Shown in pieces: positions 41,705-53,894 of a DNA stretch of 64,000 nucleotides. A program made the translations under genes and the position numbers. This stretch comes from Octopus bimaculoides (taxonomy: Eukaryota). The stretch is from positions 25,441,657 through 25,505,656 of the forward strand of contig NC_068982.1 of assembly GCF_001194135.2 (NCBI RefSeq), in the 5' to 3' direction. Numbering within the stretch: position 1 is the stretch's first letter; each line of letters starts with the position of its first letter. The notes under the pieces are model-generated. The model searched no databases. It was not told the origin of the DNA and was given only the letters and a program-made list of their open reading frames with translations.

Positions 41705-41815
41705 ACTTGACTGATACTTATTTTATCGACCCCAATGAGCGAAAGGCAAAGTCGGCCTCAGCAGAATTAGTACTCGAAAGATAATGACAGCAACAAATAC
41801 CACGAATCATTATCT
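41705..41815 (-). mobile_element. SINE family A fragment (another at ~42060-42170; older fragments at ~4795-4935 and ~14090-14190)
   Basis: ATCGACCCC...GAAAGGCAAAGTCGGCCTCAGCAGAATT matches the family A core on the minus strand. Confidence 0.7.
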
Positions 41816-42479
41816 CCAACGAAGTATGTTCGTTGGAGAGTTCTATTTAATTACATCCAATCCAATGGTGAACTAATAATATATTTCTTTGACTAAGGAG
41901 GATTAAAAAACAAAGTTAAACTCTGTAAGATTTAAATTCACATTCGAGTAAAGAACCGAAACACATAGCATAAGACATTATTTGTCTAGTGAGTGAATCG
42001 CCACTGTTACAGTAATAAAGCTAACAATTTTGGGGGATGGGATTTGCTGATACTATTGACACTAGTTCTTAACTGGTACCTAAATCTATCGCCACTAGAA
42101 GGATGAAAGGCAAAAATTATGACGGTAGGATTTGAAATCAGAACGTAATGAGCCGGAAGAGGAACAACCGCAAATCATTTCTTATACACTCTATTCTACG
42201 TAGACTATTTGGGTAGTCAGGCAACGCTGGAATACTATTAGTTCCGCTGATAATTGAATACTGTTTGGCGATCATAGTTTTATGTGCAATATTCAAAATG
42301 GCTGATGGCAAATGTTTTCCATAGAATCAGAATGATTTCACGCTCTCCCTCAGAAACCACTACACCATCCACCCAGCCTTTTGTTGTTCATTAATATTTC
42401 AGTAATTTGAACATAAAAATTATTCACCAGTTTTAATATACACACACATACATACACACACACACATCTATTAAGTCAC

Positions 42480-42905
42480 GCAGTTTCAGTATTTCAGCTA
42501 TAGCAATCCAGAACCTTTGTATCTGATAATGGTATGTCAGTGGGCTGATAGCAAAGTGCTTAAAATTTTCCGTCATTAAATTGCTTCTTTTTTATGGACT
42601 GAAATGTTTTTTATTACCAATGCAGTGATTGCAAGAGTCTGCCTGTATATTTGAGATCATGTCTAGCATACCTTCTATAAAGAACAAGCTTGACATTGTT
42701 ATTTGAGAGATCCAGTCAAAATCGGCATTTTCTCTGAAAGAGCATAGTTCTTGTGCCTATCTGACGTTTGTCACAAATGTCAGCTAAAGTCCAACTTTCT
42801 CAGCAATACCGAGATGAAATAGTTTGCGACACAGCATGCAGTAGTGATCTTTTTCAAAATGCTTCTCCCTCAATACGCCACTATCTGCACAACAAACAAC
42901 TATCT
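42480..42905 (-). mobile_element. Decayed hAT (Charlie/SPIN-like) transposase remnant
   Basis: The minus strand gives LCSFRENADFDWISQITMSSLFFIEGMLDMI and QFNDGKF*ALCYQPTDI, echoing hAT 'LC.E...F..L...VRWLS.G..L' and 'F.D..W...LAYL.DI'. Confidence 0.4.
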
Positions 42906-44295
42906 TCATAAGTGGTCACGTCAACAAGGTGCGACTATAATTCTTTCTCTTGAATACGGAGGTTTTAAAATGTTAATTGACGAAAGAGCTCTATTATTTT
43001 CAAATATGAAATACGCTTAAGATGTACAAATTGGAACGAAGTTGCAGTTAATGGAAGAAGTGAAAAACAGCATTAATAATTCAAAAGGAATAATAAAAGC
43101 AGAAAAAAAATTCAAATAATGATTTCCTCCTAAACTTGGTGAATAAAATACGAGTAAAAAATGAAATGGATGTATCGCAAGATGAGTTCAGGAAATGCGT
43201 ATATGCTTTCTCAAATTGTCGCGGGGAAATGAAACTTATGAATTATAGTAAGAATTATTGAAAGAACTACGTTATTGCTTGAAGGAAAGCTGCTTTGTAA
43301 TTTAATTATAAAAATATAATAAGTCGTTGTAAAATAGAAATTTTAAAGTATAACAGGGTGCTGAAAAATACATGTGATTTGAATAAATAGATGTTACAGG
43401 AGTAATGACTTCCTGAAATTTCTAAAGGTTTTAGAGTTCGTAAACAGTTTAGGATCGTAACAAGTATATTTATGTGTATGAAGGTAGCATAGAGTGTTTA
43501 ATAATGATTAATTTTAGTGCTATTTGAATGGGATACGATAATATAATAATATTATGCCATAGAAAATAATAAAGACGTCATGATCAAATTATCAAACAGT
43601 TAATCAGGGATTAAAAGAACTAGGTAAAGGAAATAAAGCAGTTTTATGTTGAAGAAAACAAGAAATGAGAACAAAATAAACTAAAAGAAATAGTGAAATC
43701 GGTTATTAGATATAATATATAAATATGATTAAACATATGAACTTAAATATATAAGGACATATGAAGAATGGAGATGAAATACATAAACAGTATAGTGAAG
43801 TCAAATCATAGGGGATTAAGTGAAATGCAATGAAATAATGAGGAGAGTGATTGATTAATATAAAGGACATAGAAAGGGAATCAAGACTGAGAACACAAAT
43901 GAACAAAAGAAATGTGCGTACGCATTCAGAGATTTCAGAAAAGGTTTCCGCTGATTAATAATCTGAGAAATGGGAACATAGTAATTATGGTTCACCGAGT
44001 TAAAAGAGATTGATAAATTAAGCACTTCATTAATCTTCATTGAATAAGTATGTGGACTAAGGTAATGGATTCATAGATACCAAGCAGAATGAGCAGAAGT
44101 AAGGCATAGCCAAATATACCAAAAAGGTGTAAGGCGTACAAATATAACAGAAAATGGCAAATATTAGGAGCCAGATAAGAGATGGCTTTCTTGAGTTTCA
44201 GGTGAAAGATAATCAATAATACGTTAGACATTAATATATTTCTCGAAACAATCTCTTGCTAATATGAACTTTCGACGGTGCCTTTACTCATTTGA

Positions 44296-44480
44296 CAGCG
44301 GCCATGCTGGAGCACCACCTGTAGTCGAAGAAATCGACCGCAGGATTTATTCTTTGTAAGCCTAGTACTTATTCTATCGGACACTTTTTGCCGAACCGTT
44401 AAGTTACGGGGACATAAGCACACCAGCATCGGTTGTCAAGCGATGTTGGGGGGACAAACACAGACACACAAACATATACA

Positions 44481-44548
<68 letters not shown>

Positions 44549-44715
44549 TACGACGGGCTTCTTTCAGTTTCCGTCTACCAAATCCACTCACAAGGGTTTG
44601 GTCGGCCCGAGGCTAAAGTAGAAGACACCTGCCCAAGGTACCACGAAGTGGGACTGAACCCGGAACCATGTGGTTGGTAAGCAAGCTACTTATCACACAG
44701 ACACTCCTGTGCCTG
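44296..44715 (-). mobile_element. SINE family B, young full bipartite copy with internal (CA)n(TA)n
   Basis: Minus-strand head AGGCACAGGAGTGTCTGTGTGATAAGTAG...GGTTCAGTCCC (A/B-box-like), body ...GGATTTGGTAGACGGAAACTGAAAGAAGCCCGTCG, microsatellite, then 3' half ...GGTGCTCCAGCATGGCCGCTG. Confidence 0.9.
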
Positions 44716-45295
44716 ATAAATATGTTTAAGATTTGAACATAAGAAATTATAAGTAGGACTTAAGGACGTGTCGTTTAAATAATGAATATTTAGTGCATTT
44801 TTTGCTGATTTTTCTATTTTTCTATCACAAAGCAGTNNNNNNNNNNNNNNNNNNNNNNNNNNNNNNNNNNNNNNNNNNNNNNNNNNNNNNNNNNNNNNNN
44901 NNNNNNNNNNNNNNNNNNNNNNNNNNNNNNNNNNNNNNNNNNNNNNNNNNNNNNNNNNNNNNNNNNNNNNNNNNNNNNNNNNNNNNNNNNNNNNNNNNNN
45001 NNNNNNNNNNNNNNNNNNNNNNNNNNNNNNNNNNNNNNNNNNNNNNNNNNNNNNNNNNNNNNNNNNNNNNNNNNNNNNNNNNNNNNNNNNNNNNNNNNNN
45101 NNNNNNNNNNNNNNNNNNNNNNNNNNNNNNNNNNNNNNNNNNNNNNNNNNNNNNNNNNNNNNNNNNNNNNNNNNNNNNNNNNNNNNNNNNNNNNNNNNNN
45201 NNNNNNNNNNNNNNNNNNNNNNNNNNNNNNNNNNNNNNNNNNNNNNNNNNNNNNNNNNNNNNNNNNNNNNNNNNNNNNNNNNNNNNNNNNNNNNN

Positions 45296-45643
45296 GTAAT
45301 ATAATAAATTTAAAATTTAAAATATAAATATACGAAATATAAATATAAATATGTATAAAAACATGAATGTAGATAAATATACGTGTGAATATAAATGCGT
45401 ATAAAAATTTATGCGTAATTAAGCATGAATATTGTAAAGTCTAAAATATAAAATACAAAAACCTAAAATTTTAGGTTTTTTATATTTTATATTTTAGACT
45501 TTACAATATCCATGCTTAATTACGCATGAATTTTTATACGCATTTATATTCACACGTATATTTATCTACATTCATGTCTTTATACATATTTATATTTATA
45601 TTTCGTATATTTATATTTTAAAATTTTAAATTTATTATATTAC
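45296..45643. repeat. 348-bp AT-rich near-perfect palindrome without spacer
   Basis: Centre CCTAAAA|TTTTAGG at 45468/45469. The arms differ by 4 transitions and 2 single-base homopolymer indels. Confidence 0.95.
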
Positions 45644-47348
45644 CATGTCATATTGGATATATATCTTTCGAAATATTAAATATTGATTTCCTGAGTATAT
45701 TATTGATAAGTTTATGAATTTATTAATAATATAAAAACACATATATACACATTTATTTGCTCAAAATAATTGAGCACTCAATATAAGTTCAGTTATATAT
45801 TCTTTTAGAATATTACTTATAAAAGTTATATATATATATATATTTCTGTATGTATATATACATATGTCTAAATATGTACACTTATATATGCATATATATA
45901 CATGTATATACACATATACACACATAATCAAATACGTATGCACGTATGTTCATACATGCATATGGACAAACTTATATATTCATGCATATATCCCTGCATG
46001 CATATATGTGTTTATGTAAGTACATGTCAATGTTTAACATAAAAGAATTTAAAATGACTTTGTTTTGCATTGTATGCTTCCGTAGATTTGTTGTGGTAGG
46101 TTGCCGGAACTTTTTATGTCTGTATCTATGGGTACATGTCCGTGATCTTGTGTGCCTGTGAGTAGGTGTGAATTTAGTTTGTTAAATATGTTTAAGCGTG
46201 GAGGAAACAAAAGGTCGGTAAAAATATGAATTTAAGCATAGCACGCGGGGGATCGACTCTATAAATTGTTCATCTGGGAAGCGTATCGAATTGAAAGCAA
46301 CAAATAATTAACTTTAATGAGGCGTCTACGCGACATTTTTTGCAAGTGGAGAATTTAGGTGAATGGCATATCTAAATAGAAAATCCTGCGCTTATTTATT
46401 TAATAAACATACTACCAGGCTAATCATCAATATAAAATGAGCTTTCTCTCACAACAATAAAGCTGGATTATATGGCATCAGGTCATACTAGAAAAATCGG
46501 TTAATTTAATAATCATATCCTTTATTAAATTATCTCAATAATAGGAAATGTGCAAGTGATTTAGTTTTAGTTGTAATGGTTGAGTGGGAGTTACAAGGGT
46601 AATAGTTAGAGAAAAATAACGTTAAAGCCATATACGTTATGTAGGGCAGGCTACGGAAGTATAATTAAAGAGAAATAGAAATAAATGTACATTTTTCATG
46701 TTAGGTAGCAAGATCATAAATTTATGACATTAAGAAGAAATGCTGTAAGGTATAATGTATTGGAAATCCATTAAATAGACCGATACATATCGTGTGTGTC
46801 CGTGTGTATACATACAAATCATGGTCCAAACCCTTGGATGAAACTACTAAATGAGAAAAAAAACAACATACAAACATGCATATACAGACAGACAGACAGA
46901 TAGATAGATTTATGACTTTATGCGAAATTGAAACACCGGTTTGGGATTTATGAAGCGTCTTACTACGTGATATTCTCGAAACTTATCAGATTTTTCGCTC
47001 GGTGAAGAGTAAAATTTAACAAGCAGATATATATATATAAGATTTAAAATATTGGTATAAATTGTTAAACGCACCAAAGAATCTTTATTTTCCCTCTGAC
47101 AGCCACCAAAATTCTTTCTAAATATATCTAATATTTGATAAGATGTATATATTGAAACCTTTTATATTTTATTAACCATTCTCTAAAATATGCACCTGTG
47201 CCCTTCGCAACTTTATTTACATTTTTGAATTATATTTTTTTATTTGGATGAGCTCCTAACCACATAAAAGTATTTTGAAATACATATATTATATATAACA
47301 TATACAGATATACGTATGTATGTTTGTATGTATGTATGTATGTATGTA

Positions 47349-47400
<52 letters not shown>

Positions 47401-47469
47401 CATGTATGTATGTATGTAAGTACGTATGTATATATGTATATAACGAATGAAGGAAACGGAAAATGGTGT

Positions 47470-47635
47470 GATATATTGCCCGTGGCTACGTCCTAAGTTC
47501 AAATTCCAGCCAGGTCGACTTTACCTTTCATCCTTTCAGGGTCGATGAAATAAGTACTAGTTGAACAATGGAGTCGATGTAATCGTCTCATCCCCTCCCC
47601 CCAAATTGCTGCCTTTGTGGCAAAATTTGAAACCA
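47470..47635 (+). mobile_element. SINE family A subfamily with GAAATTGCTGGCCTTGTGCCAAAATTTGAA-type tail (also 49858-50060 and 56463-56650)
   Basis: Shared AGTTCAAAT...GGTCGACTTT..CTTTCATC core and a conserved 3' tail in all three copies. Confidence 0.82.
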
Positions 47636-47912
47636 TTATTAACAATTTTACAAAATCATAATAATAGGATATTATGTCTGTTGTGTTAAAACTAGCATTT
47701 TCATGCGTTACGCAATCACCAGGTTTGTGCAGAAGTAGTAATAATTGTATTCCAAGATGAAAAACTGTTGGGAAGTGATTAAATTTTCCCTTTAAATCCT
47801 TCCGATGGGCTCCAGCAGGCTGAATCATACAAATAGTATTTTGGCCAATCAGTATCTGGCTTAGATGTTACGGTTTTGTGAGCGTGGCAACTAATTTTAA
47901 ACTCTATATATG

Positions 47913-47948
<36 letters not shown>

Positions 47949-48157
47949 NNNNNNNNNNNNNNNNNNNNNNNNNNNNNNNNNNNNNNNNNNNNNNNNNNNN
48001 NNNNNNNNNNNNNNNNNNNNNNNNNNNNNNNNNNNNNNNNNNNNNNNNNNNNNNNNNNNNNNNNNNNNNNNNNNNNNNNNNNNNNNNNNNNNNNNNNNNN
48101 NNNNNNNNNNNNNNNNNNNNNNNNNNNNNNNNNNNNNNNNNNNNNNNNNNNNNNNNN

Positions 48158-48312
48158 TACAACGGGTTTCTTTCAGTTTCCGTCTACCAAATCCACTCAC
48201 ACGACTTTTGTCGGCCCGAAGCTATAGGAGAAGACACTTGCCCAAGGTGCTATACAGTGGGACGGAACCTGGAACCATGTGGTTGGTAAGCAAGCTACTT
48301 ACCACACAGCCA
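48158..48312 (-). mobile_element. SINE family B 5' half; its internal microsatellite runs into the gap
   Basis: Closely matches 44550-44700. Confidence 0.9.
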
Positions 48313-48564
48313 CATAAATACAAACACAAACAAGCACACAAACACACGCACACATATAAGGTGATCGGTCAATAAAATGTGGGGTGGACAAGTATCAACT
48401 AAATGTCATGCTGCGTGAAATGAAATCTATCTCATTCGTCGAAACCCAAGGAACATAAGTGGGTGTTATCACATTTATCGCAACAGTTCATAATTTTATT
48501 GCATTTCTTCTCTAAATACCACAAACTGTGAAAAAATACATTTCGCTCCAATGTATTTATATGC

Positions 48565-48703
<139 letters not shown>

Positions 48704-50575
48704 TTTCCTTTAATGAGCGTTTTTGTAGATATGGACACAACAGATTCGGTTTCGGCCTATAATGCTCTGTTGACCTGAAATCCCTGTGTTGCAATGAACA
48801 GAGATAACTTTGTTTTCCTACAGTGCCTCATTATATAATTTTTCTCACCTTATAACCGCAAAAGCAATAACTCAAGTAAATAAAAACACAATATAATTAC
48901 GACTGATGGGAAAATATTTCCTGTTTTAATATAGCATCCAGGAAGAACATGAATATTGATGTAACACGACGTTTATTTGTAATCAATACATTATTCTCAA
49001 ATTACGGTAGATGTAATTCATATTCCGACAGCAAAAACAAAAAAATCAACTCTATGGAAAAGTAAGAATTGCGAAGAAACGCAATTTCGTTACATAGGAA
49101 AATTATAACTTAAATATATTTCAAATTAAAGTGATGACAACTTTATCTGGAGATCATAAAAATAGTTATATCTCAATAACAAAATACTAACACTTAATCT
49201 ACTGTATGTTTTTTGTTGAATCTAAGTTTTACGATTTTCGAGTATCATGTAATTTCTTAACTTTTGATGGAAATAATGTATTCGTGGATTAAAATTTAGA
49301 AGTATTTATGTTATAATTTCTGCAGTACTTCGTCTGGAAATATGCCTGTAGAAAATGTTCGGTAAAATTCAACAAATGTTGAGGCTTTAATTGGCTTTGT
49401 AACGTTTTCCTATTAGAGAACTAGCCTACTATAAATGCTCTCCATGTACCTCGCTTAAAGTACACTGGCATTTACAGATATTACTCCACCTGCGAGCCCA
49501 GGAATAAAGTGACACTTATCTGCCGTGTTTTGTATGACTTAGGATGAACACCAAATATTTCAGAATGGATTTCACTAGTAATTTCTCTAAATCTATGCAG
49601 ACACTTCTAAATATATTGCACAAAGCTTCCCAATTTCGTTAAACCCAACATCATAACGTTTAACTATTAATGTGCCTTAAAGATGAAGGATTACTAATGT
49701 TCCACAATTTTTACAACACATTATTTTTCGTCTGGAATAAGTGACGTAGGTTAACCTTTTAATTCTACTTAACGAAAAAACACAAATACTTGGCTAATCT
49801 AGATGCAAACTTTCCCAAAGTAAGATGAATTTTATTAATATTACTGCCTATGTAAAGTAGCGAGATGGCAGAGTCGTTAGCGAGCTGCGCAAATTGGTGA
49901 ACGTCAGTTCGTCCATCTTTGCGTTCCAGGTTCAAATGCCACATGGGTCGACTTTGCTTTTCATCGTCTCGGAGGTCGATAAAATAAGTTCTAGTTGAGC
50001 AATGGATTTGATTTTAGCGACTTTCCTCTGAAATTGCTGGCCTTGTGCCAAAATTTGAACTCAGTATGATTAACTATGTAAGAATATATATCCTGATTTC
50101 GGTGGAATATTGAACTAGATAGTAGTTTCGGCAAATTTCTAGCTTTACCTTTAAATTCATATTTCAACTGAATTTATGGTATCAGAAGTAAATGGCAAAT
50201 TGTGCCTTTTGGTGAAGAACTATTTGTGAAATTGTGTTGACATTAATAATAAAAGTGCTTGCAAAACTTAAATGAAACCTATTTAAACTATAATAATTTT
50301 TAATAAAGACAACATATCACTTTTGTAAAGGAACTGTAATTCTATACGCTTATATTCCGTTACTATTAGGTGAAAGAAAGACAAAGTCAGTCAGCGTTCG
50401 ATCAGGATTTGCGCTCAAAATATTAAAAAAAAAAGGCATTCAGACTCAATGCTTGCGTCATGAATCAGGTCTGAATATGAATTTATATATGTGTAATATA
50501 TGAATACCTTTAATTCATTTAGATGTTTTGCTGATTTTTTTCTTTTTTCAGGAGGAAAACGGCACGAGTACAGAT

Positions 50576-50818
50576 ATGATGAAGACTTTAATTATACCGA
50601 TACTGCTCAGTCTGTTATTTATCACAGACTGTAATGCTTACTATAGCAGCTACAGTAATTTGCCATATCCAGTCAACCGACAAAACAAGCAAAATTACAA
50701 TTGTAACAACTGCTTCAAGATACGAAACCTTTGCCGTGAGAACTACATGCCTTTCTGGTTTTGCCATGAAACACACTCCAGTTGCTACTATCGCTTCTGC
50801 TATCATTATAAAACGTAA
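50576..50818 (+). CDS. Small secreted Cys/Tyr-rich peptide precursor (signal peptide plus 6-Cys domain); coding part of exon 50552-50814
   Basis: Polypyrimidine tract plus CAG acceptor at 50549-50551, ATGATG at 50576, and donor AC|GTAAGT at 50815. Translation: MMKTLIIPILLSLLFITDCNA|YYSSYSNLPYPVNRQNKQNYNCNNCFKIRNLCRENYMPFWFCHETHSSCYYRFCYHYKT. The sequence is non-repetitive and more GC-rich than its flanks. Confidence 0.72.
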   Translation: MMKTLIIPILLSLLFITDCNAYYSSYSNLPYPVNRQNKQNYNCNNCFKIRNLCRENYMPFWFCHETHSSCYYRFCYHYKT

Positions 50819-51672
50819 GTAAAGTAATAATTCGTTTTTCAGACACATCAGAAACCAATGTAAAATAAATTTGAGCAACAGAGTCACTGCATGGAATTGA
50901 AGTAGATTTCTATCACTTGCTCTAGTAACGAGGTGAATGACACAAAGACCAGTTGTGATGTACGCGTCAGTATGTGCCTTTGTGCACACATGTGTGTATG
51001 TATTGATGTGCATTGAAGTGTGCGTGTTGAAGCGTGTTTGTTTGGGGAGTGTATATCAAGCCACTGCGATCTTCAGGCGAGAATACACACATACGTATAA
51101 ATGTTTCCATCTAAATGCCTCCAGCGTGAAACTCTCTATTCGTGAGGCAAAAATTCATTTTCAATAAGTTTACGTGTGTTTGTGCCTGTGTATGTCTATG
51201 TATGTAACCCCGAAAAATGACAGAATAGTCATTCCTGTAAGACCTTTCAATATAGGTCTGGTGGACGGCTGGAAAGACATCGCTCTAAACTCCAGTAACA
51301 ATGTTTTTACCAAAATAATTTCTACAGTTATATTAATTCAACACAAAGAAAAGATAGATGTGTATAATATCATTAGACTGAATTATATGTAGACCCTCTA
51401 TATTTAAGTTTATATGTAAATATTATAGGTTGTAAACACAATTCTGTGATAAATGGATTCGATTGCTTCACCTACTTTATTATCTCTTCGCTATGTATCG
51501 ATGAGCGAAGGCGCGTTGCATATTGGTCAGCGGGTATTCGACACACAATAATAAGGTAGTGAGTTCGAATACTTGCACCACGTTGTACCCTTGGGGAAGA
51601 CACTCTACATCATGTTGCAACAGTCTATTCAGCAGGAAAAAATGAGTTGTATCTGTAATTCAAAGGACCAGC

Positions 51673-51715
<43 letters not shown>

Positions 51716-51768
51716 NNNNNNNNNNNNNNNNNNNNNNNNNNNNNNNNNNNNNNNNNNNNNNNNNNNNN

Positions 51769-51848
<80 letters not shown>

Positions 51849-51877
51849 GAGATGGTGATTTATTATCAATTACAACC

Positions 51878-52453
51878 TAAAGGCAATATTAATAGCGGTC
51901 ACAAAAGTGACGGAGGCTGTTGGCTAGCATCGCTTATGCTAAAATAAGAGTTAAATTTACAACCACTAAAGCACTTTACTTAATGATTGCCAAGGTGAAG
52001 TAAGTCCCTGGCGTATACAGCCGTATCGCGATTTCGAATTTTGGTGTAGACCATCTTAACTCTCATCAGCGGCTTTTAACACCTATGATTAAGCTCATCT
52101 TCCTTTGTCAATCTTATAAGTAAAACCGTTGAAAACATGTGCTGATTTTCAAAACGGTAAATTAAAACAAATTAAATGAGTGGCTTATTAGCAAGTAGAA
52201 CCTAAAGACAAAATTAATAGTGACGGAGGGTACTGACTAGCACCTCTTATGCAAAACTAACAGTTAAATTAACTCTTTGGAGTTAATTTAACTGAAGCCA
52301 CTGAAGCACCATACAAGGTAAGTCCTTATTGTATATAGCCGTATCGCGATTTCCTCCACCCTTTGCCAGTCATTAAATGTAGTGGTTTAGTGGCTTTGGA
52401 GTTAATTTTACAGTACTCTCCGTCACTCTTGTGACCTATTAATTTTGCCTTTA
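51878..52453. mobile_element. MITE-like element with long imperfect TIRs and an internal third copy of the terminal module
   Basis: Left end TAAAGGCAATATTAATAGCGGTCACAAAAGTGACGGAG; right end reverse complement TAAAGGCAAAATTAATAGGTCACAAGAGTGACGGAG; internal direct copy at 52203. Confidence 0.7.
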
Positions 52454-52454
52454 T

Positions 52455-52495
<41 letters not shown>

Positions 52496-52671
52496 CAGGT
52501 TAGCTGAGTTAGAGGTTAAAATAACCGTCTAAGGGATGTAAGTTTCCATTGTATTACCGGTGTATTACCTATATTTAAACATGGGCAAACATGTTATGCT
52601 CATAAATTATAGGTAAGGACAGATAAAAAAATAGGAGTCAAGATTTAAAGAAAACAGAAAATGGAGATATT

Positions 52672-53131
52672 ATAGAAATATTAATATTTCTAAGTCTCTC
52701 TAAAGGAGACTACGGCAGCGGTACAGGATATTAATAGTTATCGCCAGGCCAACATGGTAATCCAAAAAATAGAACGAATGCTGCTGTTGATTAGCTCCAA
52801 GAGGCCATTGCCTCTAGCTACCTATGTGACACACGAATCTGTGTCCATTATAACCTTCGAACAGGGGAGGTCAGCCACTTCCCCTTGCTGGTCTGGCATC
52901 TACAGACTAGTTTCGAGTTATTGCCTCTTATCAATGTAGAGTGGCCGAACCCAGCAGGCGTCACTACTGACCGTCTGTACGAAGGATTATGTTCCTAAAT
53001 TCAGTGGAATACATCCACTGGTTTTCAAAAATAGAAACATTAATATTTCTAAGTCTCTCTAAAGGAGACTACGGCAACAGTACTGGATATTAATAGTTAT
53101 CGCCAAGCCAACATGGCAGTCCCAAAAATAG
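52672..53131. repeat. 359-bp unit bounded by 101-bp direct repeats (52672-52772 and 53031-53131)
   Basis: The two copies of ATAGAAA.ATTAATATTTCTAAGTCTCTCTAAAGGAGACTACGGCA...AAAAATAG differ at 8 positions. Confidence 0.92.
52899..52940 (-). ncRNA. Degenerate minimal type I hammerhead ribozyme
   Basis: Minus strand: TCTACA (stem I) TTGATAA (CUGAUGA core with 2 transitions) GAG-GCAATAA-CTC (stem II) GAA ACTAGT (palindromic stem III) C, then TGTAGA (stem I'). Confidence 0.6.
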
Positions 53132-53863
53132 GACTTAGAAATAATAATAATTCTATTTTTCATTTTGATTTCATTCTACTGTATCTTTAGTTTATTTTGT
53201 ATTTTCCTAAACGACTTCGGACCCCTTACAACATATATATATNNNNNNNNNNNNNNNNNNNNNNNNNNNNNNNNNNNNNNNNNNNNNNNNNNNNNNNNNN
53301 NNNNNNNNNNNNNNNNNNNNNNNNNNNNNNNNNNNNNNNNNNNNNNNNNNNNNNNNNNNNNNNNNNNNNNNNNNNNNNNNNNNNNNNNNNNNNNNNNNNN
53401 NNNNNNNNNNNNNNNNNNNNNNNNNNNNNNNNNNNNNNNNNNNNNNNNNNNNNNNNNNNNNNNNNNNNNNNNNNNNNNNNNNNNNNNNNNNNNNNNNNNN
53501 NNNNNNNNNNNNNNNNNNNNNNNNNNNNNNNNNNNNNNNNNNNNNNNNNNNNNNNNNNNNNNNNNNNNNNNNNNNNNNNNNNNNNNNNNNNNNNNNNNNN
53601 NNNNNNNNNNNNNNNNNNNNNNNNNNNNNNNNNNNNNNNNNNNNNNNNNNNNNNNNNNNNNNNNNNNNNNNNNNNNNNNNNNNNNNNNNNNNNNNNNNNN
53701 NNNNNNNNNNNNNNNNNNNNNNNNNNNNNNNNNNNNNNNNNNNNNNNNNNNNNNNNNNNNNNNNNNNNNNNNNNNNNNNNNNNNNNNNNNNNNNNNNNNN
53801 NNNNNNNNNNNNNNNNNNNNNNNNNNNNNNNNNNNNNNNNNNNNNNNNNNNNNNNNNNNNNNN

Positions 53864-53894
<31 letters not shown>

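Noticed and set aside
48738-48772. Second possible hammerhead (minus strand CAACAGA...GGCCGAAACCG..TCTGTTG)
   Set aside because: The CUGANGA core is absent and stem II does not pair; only a 7-bp inverted repeat is supportable.
49425-49440. TATAAAT as promoter of the peptide gene
   Set aside because: Such words are frequent at this AT content, and no first exon or donor could be tied to it.
50615-51013. 132-aa minus-strand ORF and a 62-aa +1-frame ORF overlapping the peptide exon
   Set aside because: Shadow frames; the splice signals, signal peptide and Cys pattern all support the 50576 + frame.
52672-53131. LTR retrotransposon/TRIM or CRISPR interpretation of the direct repeats
   Set aside because: No TG...CA termini, PBS or PPT; only two long repeats, no repeat-spacer array and no cas genes.
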